45,347 nucleotides of DNA from NCBI GenBank assembly GCA_033764315.1, contig JANRJA010000066.1, positions 1 through 45,347 on the forward strand. Direction: 5' to 3'. Under the pieces are notes generated by a model that saw nothing but the letters and a program-made list of their open reading frames with translations, was not told the DNA's origin and searched no databases. Positions 17,846-28,771 of the stretch are shown here, in pieces; position 1 is the stretch's first letter; each line of letters begins with the position of its first letter. The position numbers were made by a program, and so were the translations under genes. Source of the stretch: Oculatellaceae cyanobacterium bins.114 (lineage in GTDB: Bacteria > Cyanobacteriota > Cyanobacteriia > Elainellales > Elainellaceae).

Positions 17846-18733
17846 CTAGGTTTCCGACAGAAACGGCTCTGTGTCAACCCATTCTGCTTTGAGCAGTGAC
17901 CACCAATCATCTGCCAAGCCTTGAGCGACATATTCATAAGGCAGCCAGCCGTAGCCGCGATCGCCCCATGATTCACCCCACGAGTTGCGAATGAGGAAAG
18001 CCCCTTTTGTTGTGGGGCCACCGGGATTGGGGTTGGTGATGGTCATTTTGTCGTCATAGCCAACGGCGACAATGGCGTGCCCACCTTCTAGTTTCTCGTG
18101 GGTTGAGGGAAAGGGGATCTTCCCATCGACAGCATCCCACATGGAACTGTAAACCGAGAACCCAAACATGGATGGAATATTGCAGGACAGCAGATCTTTG
18201 ATGCGAATCACCAGTTTATCTTTGGGATAGCCCGGTGGATCGAGTCGAAAATAGTGGAGAGCTTGATAGTTTTGGGCAAAGGCATAACAAAAGGCAGGAG
18301 GCTCTTCGTCATATTTTTGAGGGTCATCGGTATAGGCCCAATATTGTTCGGGTGGCACTCCAAACAACGCCATTGCTCCAATGGTGGTTCTTAAAAAAGC
18401 TCCGGTATCGCCTTCAAAGTTGAGCAATTTGCGAGTCACTTTATAGAGAAACAGACGAGAGGCATCGATGTGCTTTCCGCAGGCTCGTTTTTCAAAATAT
18501 TCCACTAAAGCCACTCCAGCATTCGCCGTGCAAGAGCCAATATTGCCCTGATCTTCGATGGGGGGAAACCAGGCTCTTAAATCGACGGAGGAGGGCAAAT
18601 CTTTTTTTGCCAATTTAGGAGTGGGTGCTACTCCAACTTTTTCGAGGAGGGGTTGAATTTTGTCATGCTCTGGGGTGTAGTCTCTAAAGTCGGGATAATC
18701 ACGAAGCCAACCCATCGGTAACTTTTTAACCAT
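17846..18733 (-). CDS. Papain-family (C1) cysteine protease
   Basis: DQGNIGSCTANA, GGHAIVAVGY and IRNSWGESWG motifs; start MVKK at 18733 with GAGG RBS. Confidence 0.92.
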   Translation of the reverse strand: MVKKLPMGWLRDYPDFRDYTPEHDKIQPLLEKVGVAPTPKLAKKDLPSSVDLRAWFPPIEDQGNIGSCTANAGVALVEYFEKRACGKHIDASRLFLYKVTRKLLNFEGDTGAFLRTTIGAMALFGVPPEQYWAYTDDPQKYDEEPPAFCYAFAQNYQALHYFRLDPPGYPKDKLVIRIKDLLSCNIPSMFGFSVYSSMWDAVDGKIPFPSTHEKLEGGHAIVAVGYDDKMTITNPNPGGPTTKGAFLIRNSWGESWGDRGYGWLPYEYVAQGLADDWWSLLKAEWVDTEPFLSET

Positions 18734-18933
18734 TGCAAGTTCCTCTACGCATGAGAAGCGCAAATTGATAAGAAGTGTAAATAGCGGCTGAACGTATTCT
18801 GCTTGTGCTTTCAAATTTAAGCAGAGTGTTGCGATCGCCTTGGCATCTATTCTCGCCTGCTCAACTCAGCATGACAGTACCCATGTGGGTGCCCCTTCTT
18901 AATCACACACGACTGATCGAGATTTGTCTCTAC

Positions 18934-19524
18934 TTACTCAATCGCAGGCTGCAAAATGAGTTGCCATTCCCCAGTGTTATTGTCCCAAACAGGGGCGATC
19001 GTGGTACCTACTACATAGGGTCCCCAATATCGCCGAGAACCATCTTGAGCAAACGCCACTAATACATCTCCGGGTTGCAGCTTGAGATTTTCATTGGGCA
19101 ACGATAAAATCAATCCTTTTGTGCTGCCTTCATTGGGTGCAAAATCCCAATGAACGGGTTCACCGTAGACAGCGTTGTTTGACTCTGATTGGGAATTGCT
19201 CTGAGCGGGTCGATGTAACAAGGCGACTCGAATTGGATGTTCTGTCTGGTTGCTGACGCGCAGGCTACCTTGATGAAACTGGCTTGCAGTTGGGGCAGTT
19301 TGGGTGGGTGGTGTAACGCTTGGCGTAGGTATCGTCGAGGGCTTAGGACTACTAGAGCGATCGCGCGAGGGCAATGGCGATGGAGTGACTTCTACGGTTG
19401 GCTGATTAGCCGGATCAGACTCGACTTGAACCGCAATATTAAAACGGCTGAGGAGCAATACAATGAGTCCTAGCCCTAAGAGTCCAAAGATGATGAGGTA
19501 AAGTCTCAATTGTTTTTGTTTCAT
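18934..19524 (-). CDS. Membrane-anchored hypothetical protein
   Basis: N-terminal TM helix, Pro/Ser/Thr linker and a globular C-terminus (HWDFAP, RRYWGPY). Confidence 0.8.
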   Translation of the reverse strand: MKQKQLRLYLIIFGLLGLGLIVLLLSRFNIAVQVESDPANQPTVEVTPSPLPSRDRSSSPKPSTIPTPSVTPPTQTAPTASQFHQGSLRVSNQTEHPIRVALLHRPAQSNSQSESNNAVYGEPVHWDFAPNEGSTKGLILSLPNENLKLQPGDVLVAFAQDGSRRYWGPYVVGTTIAPVWDNNTGEWQLILQPAIE

Positions 19525-19698
19525 TACTCTTATCGCTCCTCGTCACCCTCATCTCTACTCTAGTCAATTGATGGGGCGTTATGGACATCTGACCCAAATT
19601 GTATGGGTGATTAAAATACTCTTTTCGAGAAGGAATTTTGGGGTCTAGTTTCTAATGTTATTGAACGACTTAACGAGTTTAATTGAGTTGGAGTTGGG

Positions 19699-20052
19699 AT
19701 GATGCAAAATACTCGCTTAAATCGCATTGTGGATGCTGTTTTAGAGCGATCGTTTGGTTGGTTACGTAACCCCTGGCGGCGCATCTCACTTGTGTCGATC
19801 AGTGTCTTATTTGGAAATTTTTTAGCTACGGCGATCGCCACGGTGACTGGACAAAATGCCGATTGGGATGTTTCTGTAGCGGCTGTGTTAGTGGGTTTGA
19901 CCGAGATCAGCAGTTGGTTGGTATATCGCACTCGACAACCAAGCAGAGCAGATACCAACCCATCACCTGGCATTTTACTGGATATCCTCAACGGCACCAA
20001 AATTGGACTCATCTATGGGTTCTTTGTTGAGGCGTTTAAGATCGGTAGTTAA
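19699..20052 (+). CDS. DUF565/Ycf20-like membrane protein
   Basis: MQNTRL...NPWRR...KIGLIYGFFVEAFKIGS signature. Confidence 0.88.
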   Translation: MMQNTRLNRIVDAVLERSFGWLRNPWRRISLVSISVLFGNFLATAIATVTGQNADWDVSVAAVLVGLTEISSWLVYRTRQPSRADTNPSPGILLDILNGTKIGLIYGFFVEAFKIGS

Positions 20053-20063
20053 CAAAGATAGAG

Positions 20064-21137
20064 ATGCAGCCACTGAATTTTGACGCTCAACTTAACTTGT
20101 TACTACAGTCAGTTTTAAAGGAGTCAGAACTCTCAACTTCACTTTGCGATCAACTGATACAACATCTACTTACTGTGGATGGAGCGTGTCAGGCATTTGG
20201 GGTGACTGGCACCGCAGAGGCAACGGTGATTGAGCGATCGCACCTATTGCGACAGATCTATCCCCAGTTTCAAACATTTTGGAAGACCCGTTCTTCTCAA
20301 CCAGAACCTTTAGAAACCTTGTGGCAACTCTGGTTGCCGTTAGCTCTGCAACTGGTGGCAGCTCAAACCAGTCTCGATCGCCCTTTGATTCAAGGCATTT
20401 TGGGAGGACAGGGTACAGGCAAAACAACCCTTGCAGCGACTTTAAAGCTGATCTTGAATCAGTTGGGAAAACAGGTTTGTTGCCTGTCCTTAGATGACCT
20501 CTATAAGACCTATGCTGAACGTCAACAGTTGCAACACCTTGATCCTCGATTGCGCTGGCGCGGCCCACCGGGTACCCACGATGTCGATCTGGGCTTGCAA
20601 GTACTGCAACGGTTGCGACAAGGCTATTTAATGGAACCGATTGAGATTCCCCGGTTTGACAAATCTGTCTGGAATGGGGCGGGCGATCGCACTGCCCCTG
20701 AGCTTGTTTCCTCGATCGACATTTTGTTGTTTGAGGGATGGTTTGTCGGCGTTCGACCCATTGATCCCGTTGTGTTTGACACTGCGCCTGACCCCATTGA
20801 GAGTGAGAGCGATCGCCAATTTGCTCGTGATTGCAATGCTCGTTTGCACGATTACGTTCCCTTGTGGAATCAACTCGATCGCTTGATGGTGCTGCATCCC
20901 ACCGACTATCGACTGAGTCAACAGTGGCGACGCGAGGCTGAACAGCAAATGGTTGCTTCTGGGCGTTCTGGCATGAGTAATGAGGAGATTACTCAATTTG
21001 TTGAATATTTCTGGCGATCGCTCCATCCACAGCTATTTATTGAACCGTTGGTACAGGGGGCGATCGTTGATTTGGTAGTGGAGATTAACCCTGATCACAC
21101 CGTTGGCAGAATTTGGGGTGAAACTCGCTGTAAATAA
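20064..21137 (+). CDS. Plant-type D-glycerate 3-kinase-like P-loop kinase
   Basis: GILGGQGTGKTT, SLDDLY, RGPPGTHD, PRFDKS and LFEGWFVG motifs. Confidence 0.85.
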   Translation: MQPLNFDAQLNLLLQSVLKESELSTSLCDQLIQHLLTVDGACQAFGVTGTAEATVIERSHLLRQIYPQFQTFWKTRSSQPEPLETLWQLWLPLALQLVAAQTSLDRPLIQGILGGQGTGKTTLAATLKLILNQLGKQVCCLSLDDLYKTYAERQQLQHLDPRLRWRGPPGTHDVDLGLQVLQRLRQGYLMEPIEIPRFDKSVWNGAGDRTAPELVSSIDILLFEGWFVGVRPIDPVVFDTAPDPIESESDRQFARDCNARLHDYVPLWNQLDRLMVLHPTDYRLSQQWRREAEQQMVASGRSGMSNEEITQFVEYFWRSLHPQLFIEPLVQGAIVDLVVEINPDHTVGRIWGETRCK

Positions 21138-21244
21138 CCATCTGTAGACATTGTTCGACAAAATCTCTTTTCTAATAGAGACAGAATAGCGGCTTGTCTC
21201 AGATCCCCGGTTTATGTAATCTGAATCAGACCACTTTGAGGATG

Positions 21245-21592
21245 CTACGCGGCGATCGCTTTGCATTGAGCATAAAACTCTTTTGGGGCTGCGTCGAAGT
21301 ACTTTAGTAACGCAGGGCAAAGCCACCCTTCCATGTTTAGCTCTGCATTGTAGTACCAGTTACCCCCATACTCCTCTCGTCGCCAATCAAACTTGATTTG
21401 ATAACCCGGAAATGGTTGAGCGGAAAACAATAAGCTGAAACCTGATTCTGCATTGGGAAGGGTTGCCACCATTCGATCAATAATCTTGTCGGCACCTGCT
21501 ACAAATGGTTCTTGCACCAAACCCATCTTCTCATCATCAAAAACCCACATTTCTTCGTATTTGTAGGGGTGTATGACCATAATTGAGTTCAT
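21245..21592 (-). CDS. Conserved hypothetical protein (DUF6717-like)
   Basis: MNSIMVIHPY...WVFDD...EPFVAGAD...GWLCPALLKYF; start at 21592. Confidence 0.78.
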   Translation of the reverse strand: MNSIMVIHPYKYEEMWVFDDEKMGLVQEPFVAGADKIIDRMVATLPNAESGFSLLFSAQPFPGYQIKFDWRREEYGGNWYYNAELNMEGWLCPALLKYFDAAPKEFYAQCKAIAA

Positions 21593-21666
21593 CTGGATGC
21601 TCCTGGTTAACGGATAGTTGACGATTGGATTACTGAGCCGTCCAGCCCTTGACAATCAACGATCGA

Positions 21667-22326
21667 CTACTGACCATTCACACTATATTCCTCCTCAACT
21701 AAGTTGCACATCAGAGTTTCAGCCTGTCGAGTGACCGATTCCCAATCTCCCAGTGCGATCGCCTGTTTGGGAAACAACTGACCCGATAAACCCACCGCGA
21801 TCGCCCCAGCCTCTATAAACGATCGAGCGTTTTCGGGGGTGACTCCCCCTGTAGGAATGAGGGGAATGTCGCCGAGAGGAGCTTGCAAGTTCTTGATATA
21901 CATCGCTCCTCCTACGGATTGAATGGGAAATACCTTAACGCTGGCGGCTCCTGCTTGCCATGCGGTGACGATCTCGGTGGGGGTCAGCGCACCGGGAATC
22001 ATGGCAACTCCCCGATCTAATGCCAAATGCAGCAGATCTAGACTTGTGTGGGGCGTAAAGCAAAACTCAGCACCTGACGCGATCGCTTGCAATAACTGCT
22101 TCCGTTCCAACACAGTGCCCACACCAATATGACAGGTGGGCAAATCAGCTCGAAGTCGCTCGATTAAATCACCAGGGCGATCGCTATTCCAGGTAATTTC
22201 GATTAACCGCATGCCACCTGCCGCTACTGCTTTTGCCATTTGATAACCCATGTCTAGATCAGGAGTGCGAATGACGGCGATCGCTCGATGCTGATGGGCA
22301 AGTTTTAACCAATCCTGATTCAACAT
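21667..22326 (-). CDS. eda: KDPG/KHG aldolase
   Basis: [27 protein letters not shown] and PTGGV motifs. Confidence 0.92.
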   Translation of the reverse strand: MLNQDWLKLAHQHRAIAVIRTPDLDMGYQMAKAVAAGGMRLIEITWNSDRPGDLIERLRADLPTCHIGVGTVLERKQLLQAIASGAEFCFTPHTSLDLLHLALDRGVAMIPGALTPTEIVTAWQAGAASVKVFPIQSVGGAMYIKNLQAPLGDIPLIPTGGVTPENARSFIEAGAIAVGLSGQLFPKQAIALGDWESVTRQAETLMCNLVEEEYSVNGQ

Positions 22327-22526
22327 AAATAGAAAAATATCAACCAAAATAAGTGACTTAATTCAAGAAATGACCTCTACCTTCAAGGTCACACATTAGA
22401 TCAATATCCGTATTTTTAGAGTGATAACCTTAGACCCATCATGTCTCTCAATTGAAGGATGAACTTCGCAGCTTGTCTACTTAACCTTATTAACGTAGTC
22501 AGTCTATTTGAGAAAGGAGCAATAGT

Positions 22527-23051
22527 ATGGCTCTTGTGAAACTCAATGACATTTATTCCACCTCCGACAGTGGCAGCAACAACGATAATTTCTCTTTAGA
22601 GTCGTTTCATGTGTACACCGGAAGCGATCGTGTTGGCACTGTCAAAGATGTGCTGGTGGATGAACAGGAGGGCTTGTTTCGCTATTTAATCGTAGACACT
22701 GGTTTTTGGGTGTTTGGGAAGACCGTGTTGTTACCCATTGGCTTGGCTCGTTTTGACTATGATGCCAAATGCGTTTATGTAGATGGACTAACCAAAGAAC
22801 AAGTAGAACACTTGCCAGAATTTAACCATGATCTTGAAATTGATCAGGATTATGAGGAGCAAGTTAGAGGAGTATATCGTCCTCTCATCGGCAGTCGTAG
22901 TGGTTCTTATGAAACACCTGAGACGGTTTATAACCGAGATACCTATAGCTACGAACAAGACTCCTCTCTATATCGTAGAAATTCTGAGGAGAATGATTAC
23001 ATCTGCAATTTTGAACAACAATTAGCGCGACGAGAACGGTTGCTTCATTAA
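22527..23051 (+). CDS. PRC-barrel domain protein
   Basis: VGTVKDVLVD...RYLIVDTGFWVFGKTVLLPIG; AAGGAG RBS. Confidence 0.88.
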   Translation: MALVKLNDIYSTSDSGSNNDNFSLESFHVYTGSDRVGTVKDVLVDEQEGLFRYLIVDTGFWVFGKTVLLPIGLARFDYDAKCVYVDGLTKEQVEHLPEFNHDLEIDQDYEEQVRGVYRPLIGSRSGSYETPETVYNRDTYSYEQDSSLYRRNSEENDYICNFEQQLARRERLLH

Positions 23052-23057
23052 TCTAAA

Positions 23058-23090
23058 AAATCCCCGGCTTTTTCAAAAAGCCAGGGATTT
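23058..23090. terminator. Hairpin between convergent PRC-barrel gene and ftsH3
   Basis: AAATCCCCGGCTTTTT / AAAAAGCCAGGGATTT near-perfect inverted repeat. Confidence 0.55.
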
Positions 23091-23117
23091 GATGAAACCT
23101 AGATTTAGAGTCAGAGG

Positions 23118-24956
23118 TTAGGCGATCGATGCCATCTTGACATCGTTGTTTGCTAACAACTCTTGCAACTCTTCAGAGTCAACGGTTTCCCGTTCAATCA
23201 AGATCTCCGCTAGATTGTCGAGCACTTTGCGATTTTCCAATAGCACTGACTTAGCCCGACGATAGGCTTGATCTACCAGATTACGAACTTCATCATCAAT
23301 AGCAGCGGCTGTTTCTTCAGAGAAGTCACGCTCAGCCGAGATATCTCGACCCAAGAACATGTTGCCTTGTTGACGACCTAACGCCACTGGGCCGAGGCGA
23401 TCGCTCATACCAAAGCGAGTCACCATCTGTCGTGCTACGCGGGCAACCTGCTGTAGGTCATTGGAAGCTCCAGTCGTAACTTCCTCTTCACCAAAGACAA
23501 TCTCTTCAGCAAGGCGACCCCCTAAGGCGACTGCCATCTGATTTTGCAGATAGGAGCGGGAATACAAACCCGAATCCATCCGATCTTCGCTGGGAGTGAA
23601 CCAGGTCAAACCGCCTGCACGACCACGAGGGATAATGCTGATTTTTTGAACAGGATCATAGTCGGGCATCAGAGCACCCACCAAAGCGTGACCAGCTTCG
23701 TGATAAGCCACCAACGCCTTGCGCTTTTCGCTCATCACCCGATCTTTCTTCTCTGGACCTGCTAACACGCGATCGATCGCATCGTTGACTTCATGCATTG
23801 AAATCTCAGTCAGGTTACGACGAGCCGCTAGAATAGCCGCTTCGTTTAACAAGTTTGCCAAGTCAGCTCCAGTAAATCCAGGAGTACGACGGGCAATCTT
23901 TTCTAGATCCACATCTTTTGCCAAGGTCTTGCCACGGGCGTGAACGTTGAGGATTTCCAATCGTCCGGCATAGTCAGGGCGATCAACCACTACTTGACGG
24001 TCAAAGCGACCAGGGCGAAGTAGGGCTGCATCCAATACATCGGGGCGGTTGGTTGCCGCGATGATGATGATGCCTGTATTGCCTTCAAACCCATCCATCT
24101 CCGTCAACAACTGGTTGAGGGTTTGTTCACGCTCATCGTTGCCACCACCCAGACCAGCACCCCGTTGACGACCTACGGCGTCAATTTCATCGATGAATAC
24201 GATACAAGGGGCATTGGTTTTGGCTTGCTCAAACAGGTCACGAACTCGTGAAGCACCAACCCCAACAAACATTTCCACAAACTCAGAACCGGAGATTGAG
24301 AAGAAAGGAACACCTGCTTCTCCAGCTACGGCTCGTGCCAACAGCGTTTTACCGGTTCCTGGAGGACCCACTAACAAAACACCTTTGGGAATCTTTGCAC
24401 CGACAGCTGTGAAGCGATCAGCATTTTTCAAGAAGTCAACAACTTCTGCCAGTTCTAACTTAGCCTGGTCAATCCCTGCGACATCAGAAAAAGTGACTTG
24501 CGTTTGAGGCTCCATCTGCACTCTGGCTCTCGATTTGCCAAAGTTCATTGCCTGACTTCCAGGTCCGTTTTGGGCTCGCCGCAGCACAAAAAACAACACC
24601 ACCAACAATAGGAACGGAATGAGCAAGGTACTCAAGACCCGCGCCCAAACATTGTCGTCTGTTTGAGGAGAGACTGAGATATCAACGTCATTTTGGTTCA
24701 GAATGGTCAGCAAATCAGGGTCGTTGGGCAGATTGACATCTACTTTGTCTCCGGCACGGGTCATGGCTTGTGCTCTGGAGCGATCGGCACTGATCGTCAC
24801 TTTCTCGACCCTATTCTGCTCAACTTCCTGAATGAACTGGCTATATCGCCAGGTTGCTCTGCTTTCATTGGGTCGATCTAACAATGCTGTCGCCAAGAAA
24901 ATGACGACTACGACCAGAAGGGCATATAATCCCGCATTTCTCCACCGCTTATTCAC
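23118..24956 (-). CDS. ftsH3: ATP-dependent zinc metalloprotease FtsH3
   Basis: [12 protein letters not shown]-terminus typical of FtsH3; [16 protein letters not shown] and HEAGH motifs; GTG start with GGAGG. Confidence 0.95.
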   Translation of the reverse strand: MNKRWRNAGLYALLVVVVIFLATALLDRPNESRATWRYSQFIQEVEQNRVEKVTISADRSRAQAMTRAGDKVDVNLPNDPDLLTILNQNDVDISVSPQTDDNVWARVLSTLLIPFLLLVVLFFVLRRAQNGPGSQAMNFGKSRARVQMEPQTQVTFSDVAGIDQAKLELAEVVDFLKNADRFTAVGAKIPKGVLLVGPPGTGKTLLARAVAGEAGVPFFSISGSEFVEMFVGVGASRVRDLFEQAKTNAPCIVFIDEIDAVGRQRGAGLGGGNDEREQTLNQLLTEMDGFEGNTGIIIIAATNRPDVLDAALLRPGRFDRQVVVDRPDYAGRLEILNVHARGKTLAKDVDLEKIARRTPGFTGADLANLLNEAAILAARRNLTEISMHEVNDAIDRVLAGPEKKDRVMSEKRKALVAYHEAGHALVGALMPDYDPVQKISIIPRGRAGGLTWFTPSEDRMDSGLYSRSYLQNQMAVALGGRLAEEIVFGEEEVTTGASNDLQQVARVARQMVTRFGMSDRLGPVALGRQQGNMFLGRDISAERDFSEETAAAIDDEVRNLVDQAYRRAKSVLLENRKVLDNLAEILIERETVDSEELQELLANNDVKMASIA

Positions 24957-25375
24957 CGAGGCTCATCCTCCTAAATTGTTGATGTGAAGGCTGTAATCAA
25001 TACTGCAAAAGTTTGGCAAGTCGTTAACTTATGCGAGTTTCAGCCTTTGCAAATTTCACTCTAAATTTTATTGTTAATTAATATTAACGCATTATCAGGA
25101 TTCAGGGGATCGTTGTAATAAACGAATTTCCGCGATCGCTGACATTTTTGGCTGAATTTTTGGCTGATGCAAATCGCATGACAGTATTCCTATTTTGCCA
25201 CTTGTACTCAGAAATGAGGGGAATTGGCATTTGTAGTGTGACAAATATAGGGCATCACGATGTAATGCAACAGAATCGGTATGAAGACCAGTAAAAAAGG
25301 CGACCTGTTGCGATCGCCTTCTAATGCATATCTAAGAGTTACTGTAATTTGCTCTAAACCAGTTGAAAACGAGCT

Positions 25376-25693
25376 TTATCCAGCTTCTGCCCGGAGAAAA
25401 GCAGTACCCGCTACTACTAACATGATTCCAATTATTGTGAAGGTTGTGTAACCCTCTTTAAATAGCAAGGCACTAAATAGAGCAGCACAGACGGCTTCTA
25501 ATCCCAAAACCAAAATATAGGTAATTCCTAGATGGGAATTGTTGGTGAGATAGATTTGCAAGCTAGCACCGACCAGGAAAAACAGATAGACCATCACACT
25601 GGGGACGAGTTGAGAAAACCCAGATGAGAGTTTCATAAAAACGCCACCCACTGTATACGAAAGAGCCGCGATCACAGCAATTAGAAAATACAT
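25376..25693 (-). CDS. SMR/DMT-family small transporter
   Basis: 105 aa with four hydrophobic helices; MKLSSGF, LGITY and LFKE motifs; start MYFL at 25693. Confidence 0.78.
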   Translation of the reverse strand: MYFLIAVIAALSYTVGGVFMKLSSGFSQLVPSVMVYLFFLVGASLQIYLTNNSHLGITYILVLGLEAVCAALFSALLFKEGYTTFTIIGIMLVVAGTAFLRAEAG

Positions 25694-25824
25694 GATCCAC
25701 CTAATGGGTAGAGTGTGGTCAAGGATTAAACATGCATCCACGCAAATAGGGCGATCGCCACTAGTACCACTAGTAAAAGTAGCGACGGCTCCCTTTACTG
25801 TAAACTCTGGTGAGAGTTTATTGT

Positions 25825-26979
25825 TTAAGCACTCTTTAACTCGGTCCAATATTTGTCATATAGATCGATAGCATCACCAACCGAGGCAATGCCCTCACAT
25901 TTCGCCAGCATTTCAGCGGTGGGGAAGAGATTGGTATTGTCCTTTAACTCGTTGGGCAGCAAGTCAAACGCCGCTTGACTGGGAGTTGCAAACTTTAATT
26001 TTTCGACCGCATAAGCCGCATTTTCTGGCTCTAGCATGAAATTAATCCAGGCATAGGCCGCTTCGACATTAGGAGCTGCGGCTGGAATGACCATTGTGTC
26101 TGTCCATACCGAGGAGCCACTGCTGGGAATGACATATTTCAAGTTGGGGTTATCGAGGGGTAATGCGTTGCCCAGAATGGAGTAAGTCATGCTGAGTGCT
26201 AAGTCTCCTGCAATCAGGGGGTCTTCCCAGCCAAACGATTGGAAAGAGGCGATCGCTGGTTTCAACTTCAGCAGTTTTTGATAGGCTTCTTCTAATTCTT
26301 TGGGATCAGTCGAATTGTAGGAATAGCCCAGAGACTTGAGGGTGCCGCCCATGACTTCGCGCACATCATCCAGCAATGTAATTTTGCCTGCCAGTTCTTC
26401 CTGGTTATCCCAAAGTGAGTTCCAATCGTCGGGTGCGGTTTTGACCAGTTCAGTATTGTAGATAAATCCGGTGGTGCCCCAACTGATAGGGATGCTGTGG
26501 GTGTTATCAGGATCATAGGGTGGGTTTTGCCACTTATCTCGCAGTTGGTCTAGACCCTGTAGCTGAGACTTGTCAATCGTGGCGAGCAGCTTTAGCTCAA
26601 TCATCTGCTTCACCATGTAATCAGAAGGATAAAGGATGCTGTACTGGTTTCCTCCCCCCGCCTGGATTTTGGCAAGCATCGTTTCATTGGCATCATAGAC
26701 ATCAGCAACGACTTCGATGCCTGTTTTTTCGGTAAAACGTTTGTAAACGTCTTCGTCAGAATAGTCTGCCCATGTGTAGATGTGTAGTGGCTCACCCGAT
26801 GGAGTGGCGGGCGCACTGGCAGAGGCCTCTGGCGACGTTGCGGCGGAATTAGAAGGCGATCGCTGACAATTGGACAGGGCAAGGGTCGAGACGAGTGCCG
26901 CTGAAAATTGTAGAAACTGTCGTCGGCTGCGATGCAGACGTAAGAACTGCATTGCATTTTGAGAATAGGGGCTTTTCAT
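25825..26979 (-). CDS. potD: Spermidine/putrescine ABC substrate-binding lipoprotein (Tat signal)
   Basis: SRRQFL Tat motif and LSNC lipobox; IYTWADY, PSDY, WGTTG, LLDD and WTD motifs. Confidence 0.88.
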   Translation of the reverse strand: MKSPYSQNAMQFLRLHRSRRQFLQFSAALVSTLALSNCQRSPSNSAATSPEASASAPATPSGEPLHIYTWADYSDEDVYKRFTEKTGIEVVADVYDANETMLAKIQAGGGNQYSILYPSDYMVKQMIELKLLATIDKSQLQGLDQLRDKWQNPPYDPDNTHSIPISWGTTGFIYNTELVKTAPDDWNSLWDNQEELAGKITLLDDVREVMGGTLKSLGYSYNSTDPKELEEAYQKLLKLKPAIASFQSFGWEDPLIAGDLALSMTYSILGNALPLDNPNLKYVIPSSGSSVWTDTMVIPAAAPNVEAAYAWINFMLEPENAAYAVEKLKFATPSQAAFDLLPNELKDNTNLFPTAEMLAKCEGIASVGDAIDLYDKYWTELKSA

Positions 26980-27103
26980 GAAGGTTGCTTCCTGAGTTGG
27001 CTTATTGTTTGTGCCGTGTGTCTTAATGCTCTTAAAGAAGGGGCTAGAGGAACGGCTACAAAACCTATTTTGGTATAGTACAGGACATTTTTAACGTGAC
27101 AGG

Positions 27104-28327
27104 CTAGGATAAGTCACGTTTATTTTTATTAACAAAATAAAACAAGCGGTGAGCCATTTGAAGCTTGCTGCACTGGGCGATCGCTTCTTGTCTACCCTGG
27201 CTATCGAGAAAGACAGCCTGGTTTTGATCCGTGCCAAAACCGCTGCCACTGATATCGATGGGGTTAGCCACGATCGCGTCTAGTTTTTTGTGGTGTAGTT
27301 TATCGAGTGCTGGGGTGACGATATCTCCCGTTTGGGCAGCAAAGCCGATGATCTTTTGATGGGGCTGTTTATGATTGCTCAAATCGGCCACGATATCGGG
27401 CACAAAGTTAAGGGCAAGGTTTGTGGGTAGCGATCGCTTGGGTAACTTTTCAACACTGTACTCGACTGGGCTGACATCTCCCACTGCCGCTGCCATCACC
27501 GTCCAATCGGCAACGGGGAAGCATTCCAACAGAGCTTTGTGCATCTCAGCGGCACTGGTCACAGAGATCAACTGTGCTCCTCGCAATCTTGCCAACAAGC
27601 CCGATTCCATTGGGGCGTGCACCAGAGTGACGCTGGCTCCTCGGTGTAGGGCGGCCTGTGCCAGGGCAATGCCCATTTTGCCTGTGGAGGGGTTGCCAAT
27701 AAACCGGACGGGGTCGAGGTGTTCACGAGTCCCGCCTGCACTAATCAAGATGTGCTTTCCTGTGAGGTCGCGATCGCCCTGGGTATGGAGCAGTGACTCT
27801 AAATGAGCCAACAACTCTGGTGGTTCTGCCATCCGTCCTGCCCCGACGCGATCGCACGCCAACATGCCTGCTCCCGGACCCACTGTGTGATAGCGGCGAT
27901 CGGTCTGAACCAACTGCCAGTTGCGTTGCACCGAGTGCTGATCCCACATTTCAGTATTCATAGCTGGAGCCAGCAACACAGGACACGCCGATGCCAAAAC
28001 TGTGTTGGTCAACAGGTTATCTGCCAAGCCATACGCTAATTTTGCTAAGGTGTTGGCTGTTAGAGGGGCAATGAGAAATACCTCTGCCCATTCCCCCAAC
28101 TCAATGTGCAGGGGTCGGTGATGGGTCGGTTGCCAAAATGCTTGATCGGTATAGGCAGGGTGACGCGCAAGAGTGGCGATCGTTAGCGGGGTAATGAACT
28201 GTTGAGCACCCTCAGTCAAAATGGCTCTGACTTCTGCCCCAGCTTTTGCTAGGGTCGAGATCACTTCACAAATTTTGTAGGCAGCGATGCCACCGCCAAT
28301 GCCTACTAAAATGCGTTTTCCCTGCAT
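27104..28327 (-). CDS. coaBC: Bifunctional phosphopantothenoylcysteine decarboxylase/ligase
   Basis: [35 protein letters not shown] and GFAAQ motifs. Confidence 0.95.
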   Translation of the reverse strand: MQGKRILVGIGGGIAAYKICEVISTLAKAGAEVRAILTEGAQQFITPLTIATLARHPAYTDQAFWQPTHHRPLHIELGEWAEVFLIAPLTANTLAKLAYGLADNLLTNTVLASACPVLLAPAMNTEMWDQHSVQRNWQLVQTDRRYHTVGPGAGMLACDRVGAGRMAEPPELLAHLESLLHTQGDRDLTGKHILISAGGTREHLDPVRFIGNPSTGKMGIALAQAALHRGASVTLVHAPMESGLLARLRGAQLISVTSAAEMHKALLECFPVADWTVMAAAVGDVSPVEYSVEKLPKRSLPTNLALNFVPDIVADLSNHKQPHQKIIGFAAQTGDIVTPALDKLHHKKLDAIVANPIDISGSGFGTDQNQAVFLDSQGRQEAIAQCSKLQMAHRLFYFVNKNKRDLS

Positions 28328-28369
28328 ATATTGCCAAGGATTTTGAATGAATGGCTCGAATACAAAATT

Positions 28370-28417
28370 TGTAAGAGACGTAACCTGTAAGAGACGTAAC
28401 CTTTAAGGGACGTAACC
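28370..28417. repeat. Three tandem 16-bp units
   Basis: TGTAAGAGACGTAACC twice, then TTTAAGGGACGTAACC. Confidence 0.8.
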
Positions 28418-28464
28418 TTGCTATGCCCCTCTCTAAAGACTTGAACCTGACTCAATGCCTGATT

Positions 28465-28677
28465 TTAAGCTTCGTCGTAGGCTTCTAGGTCGAGTAGGTA
28501 GAGATAGGGTTCCACCAAGCTAGGACGCTGAAAGGCGATCGCCCGTAGCAGGTGCCAATCTTCAAGACCTTCAAAGGGACTGGTGTAAGCATCTTGCTCT
28601 AAACGCTGCGCCAACTCAGCGACCTCGGTCTCCGTTATTTTGGCAACATCTTGTTCAGAAAAATGTAATGACTTCAT
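28465..28677 (-). CDS. DUF2555-family small cyanobacterial protein
   Basis: LAQRLEQDAYTSPFEGLEDWHLLRAIAFQRP; GGAG RBS; sits upstream of coaBC. Confidence 0.82.
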   Translation of the reverse strand: MKSLHFSEQDVAKITETEVAELAQRLEQDAYTSPFEGLEDWHLLRAIAFQRPSLVEPYLYLLDLEAYDEA

Positions 28678-28771
28678 GCTTAACTCCCTCCTTATCAGCA
28701 ACATCTGCTCTAACTCATAGCAAATACAGATGAGCCGCACCCCTATCCTACGTTGTTTCTTCGGGTTTCAC

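Noticed and set aside
17815..18021. Apparent 176-bp overlap between the GH13 ORF and the C1 protease
   Set aside because: Artefact of the longest-ORF start. The GH13 family N-terminus begins at MQIQ (17814), leaving a 31-nt gap.
23544..24881. Antisense and alternate-frame ORFs inside ftsH3, and similar ones inside coaBC, cruG, argS, nplT and the glycerate kinase
   Set aside because: They are shadows of well-supported genes with biased codon usage and have no independent motifs.
25694..25824. Guanidine riboswitch upstream of the SMR-like gene
   Set aside because: I could not find twin ACGR-loop hairpins or ykkC-type conserved segments, and the protein lacks Gdx-like TM1 features.
28370..28417. 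Tandem repeats here and at 43654-43711 as possible CRISPR arrays
   Set aside because: The units are 16 bp and directly adjacent, with no unique spacers and no cas genes in the window.
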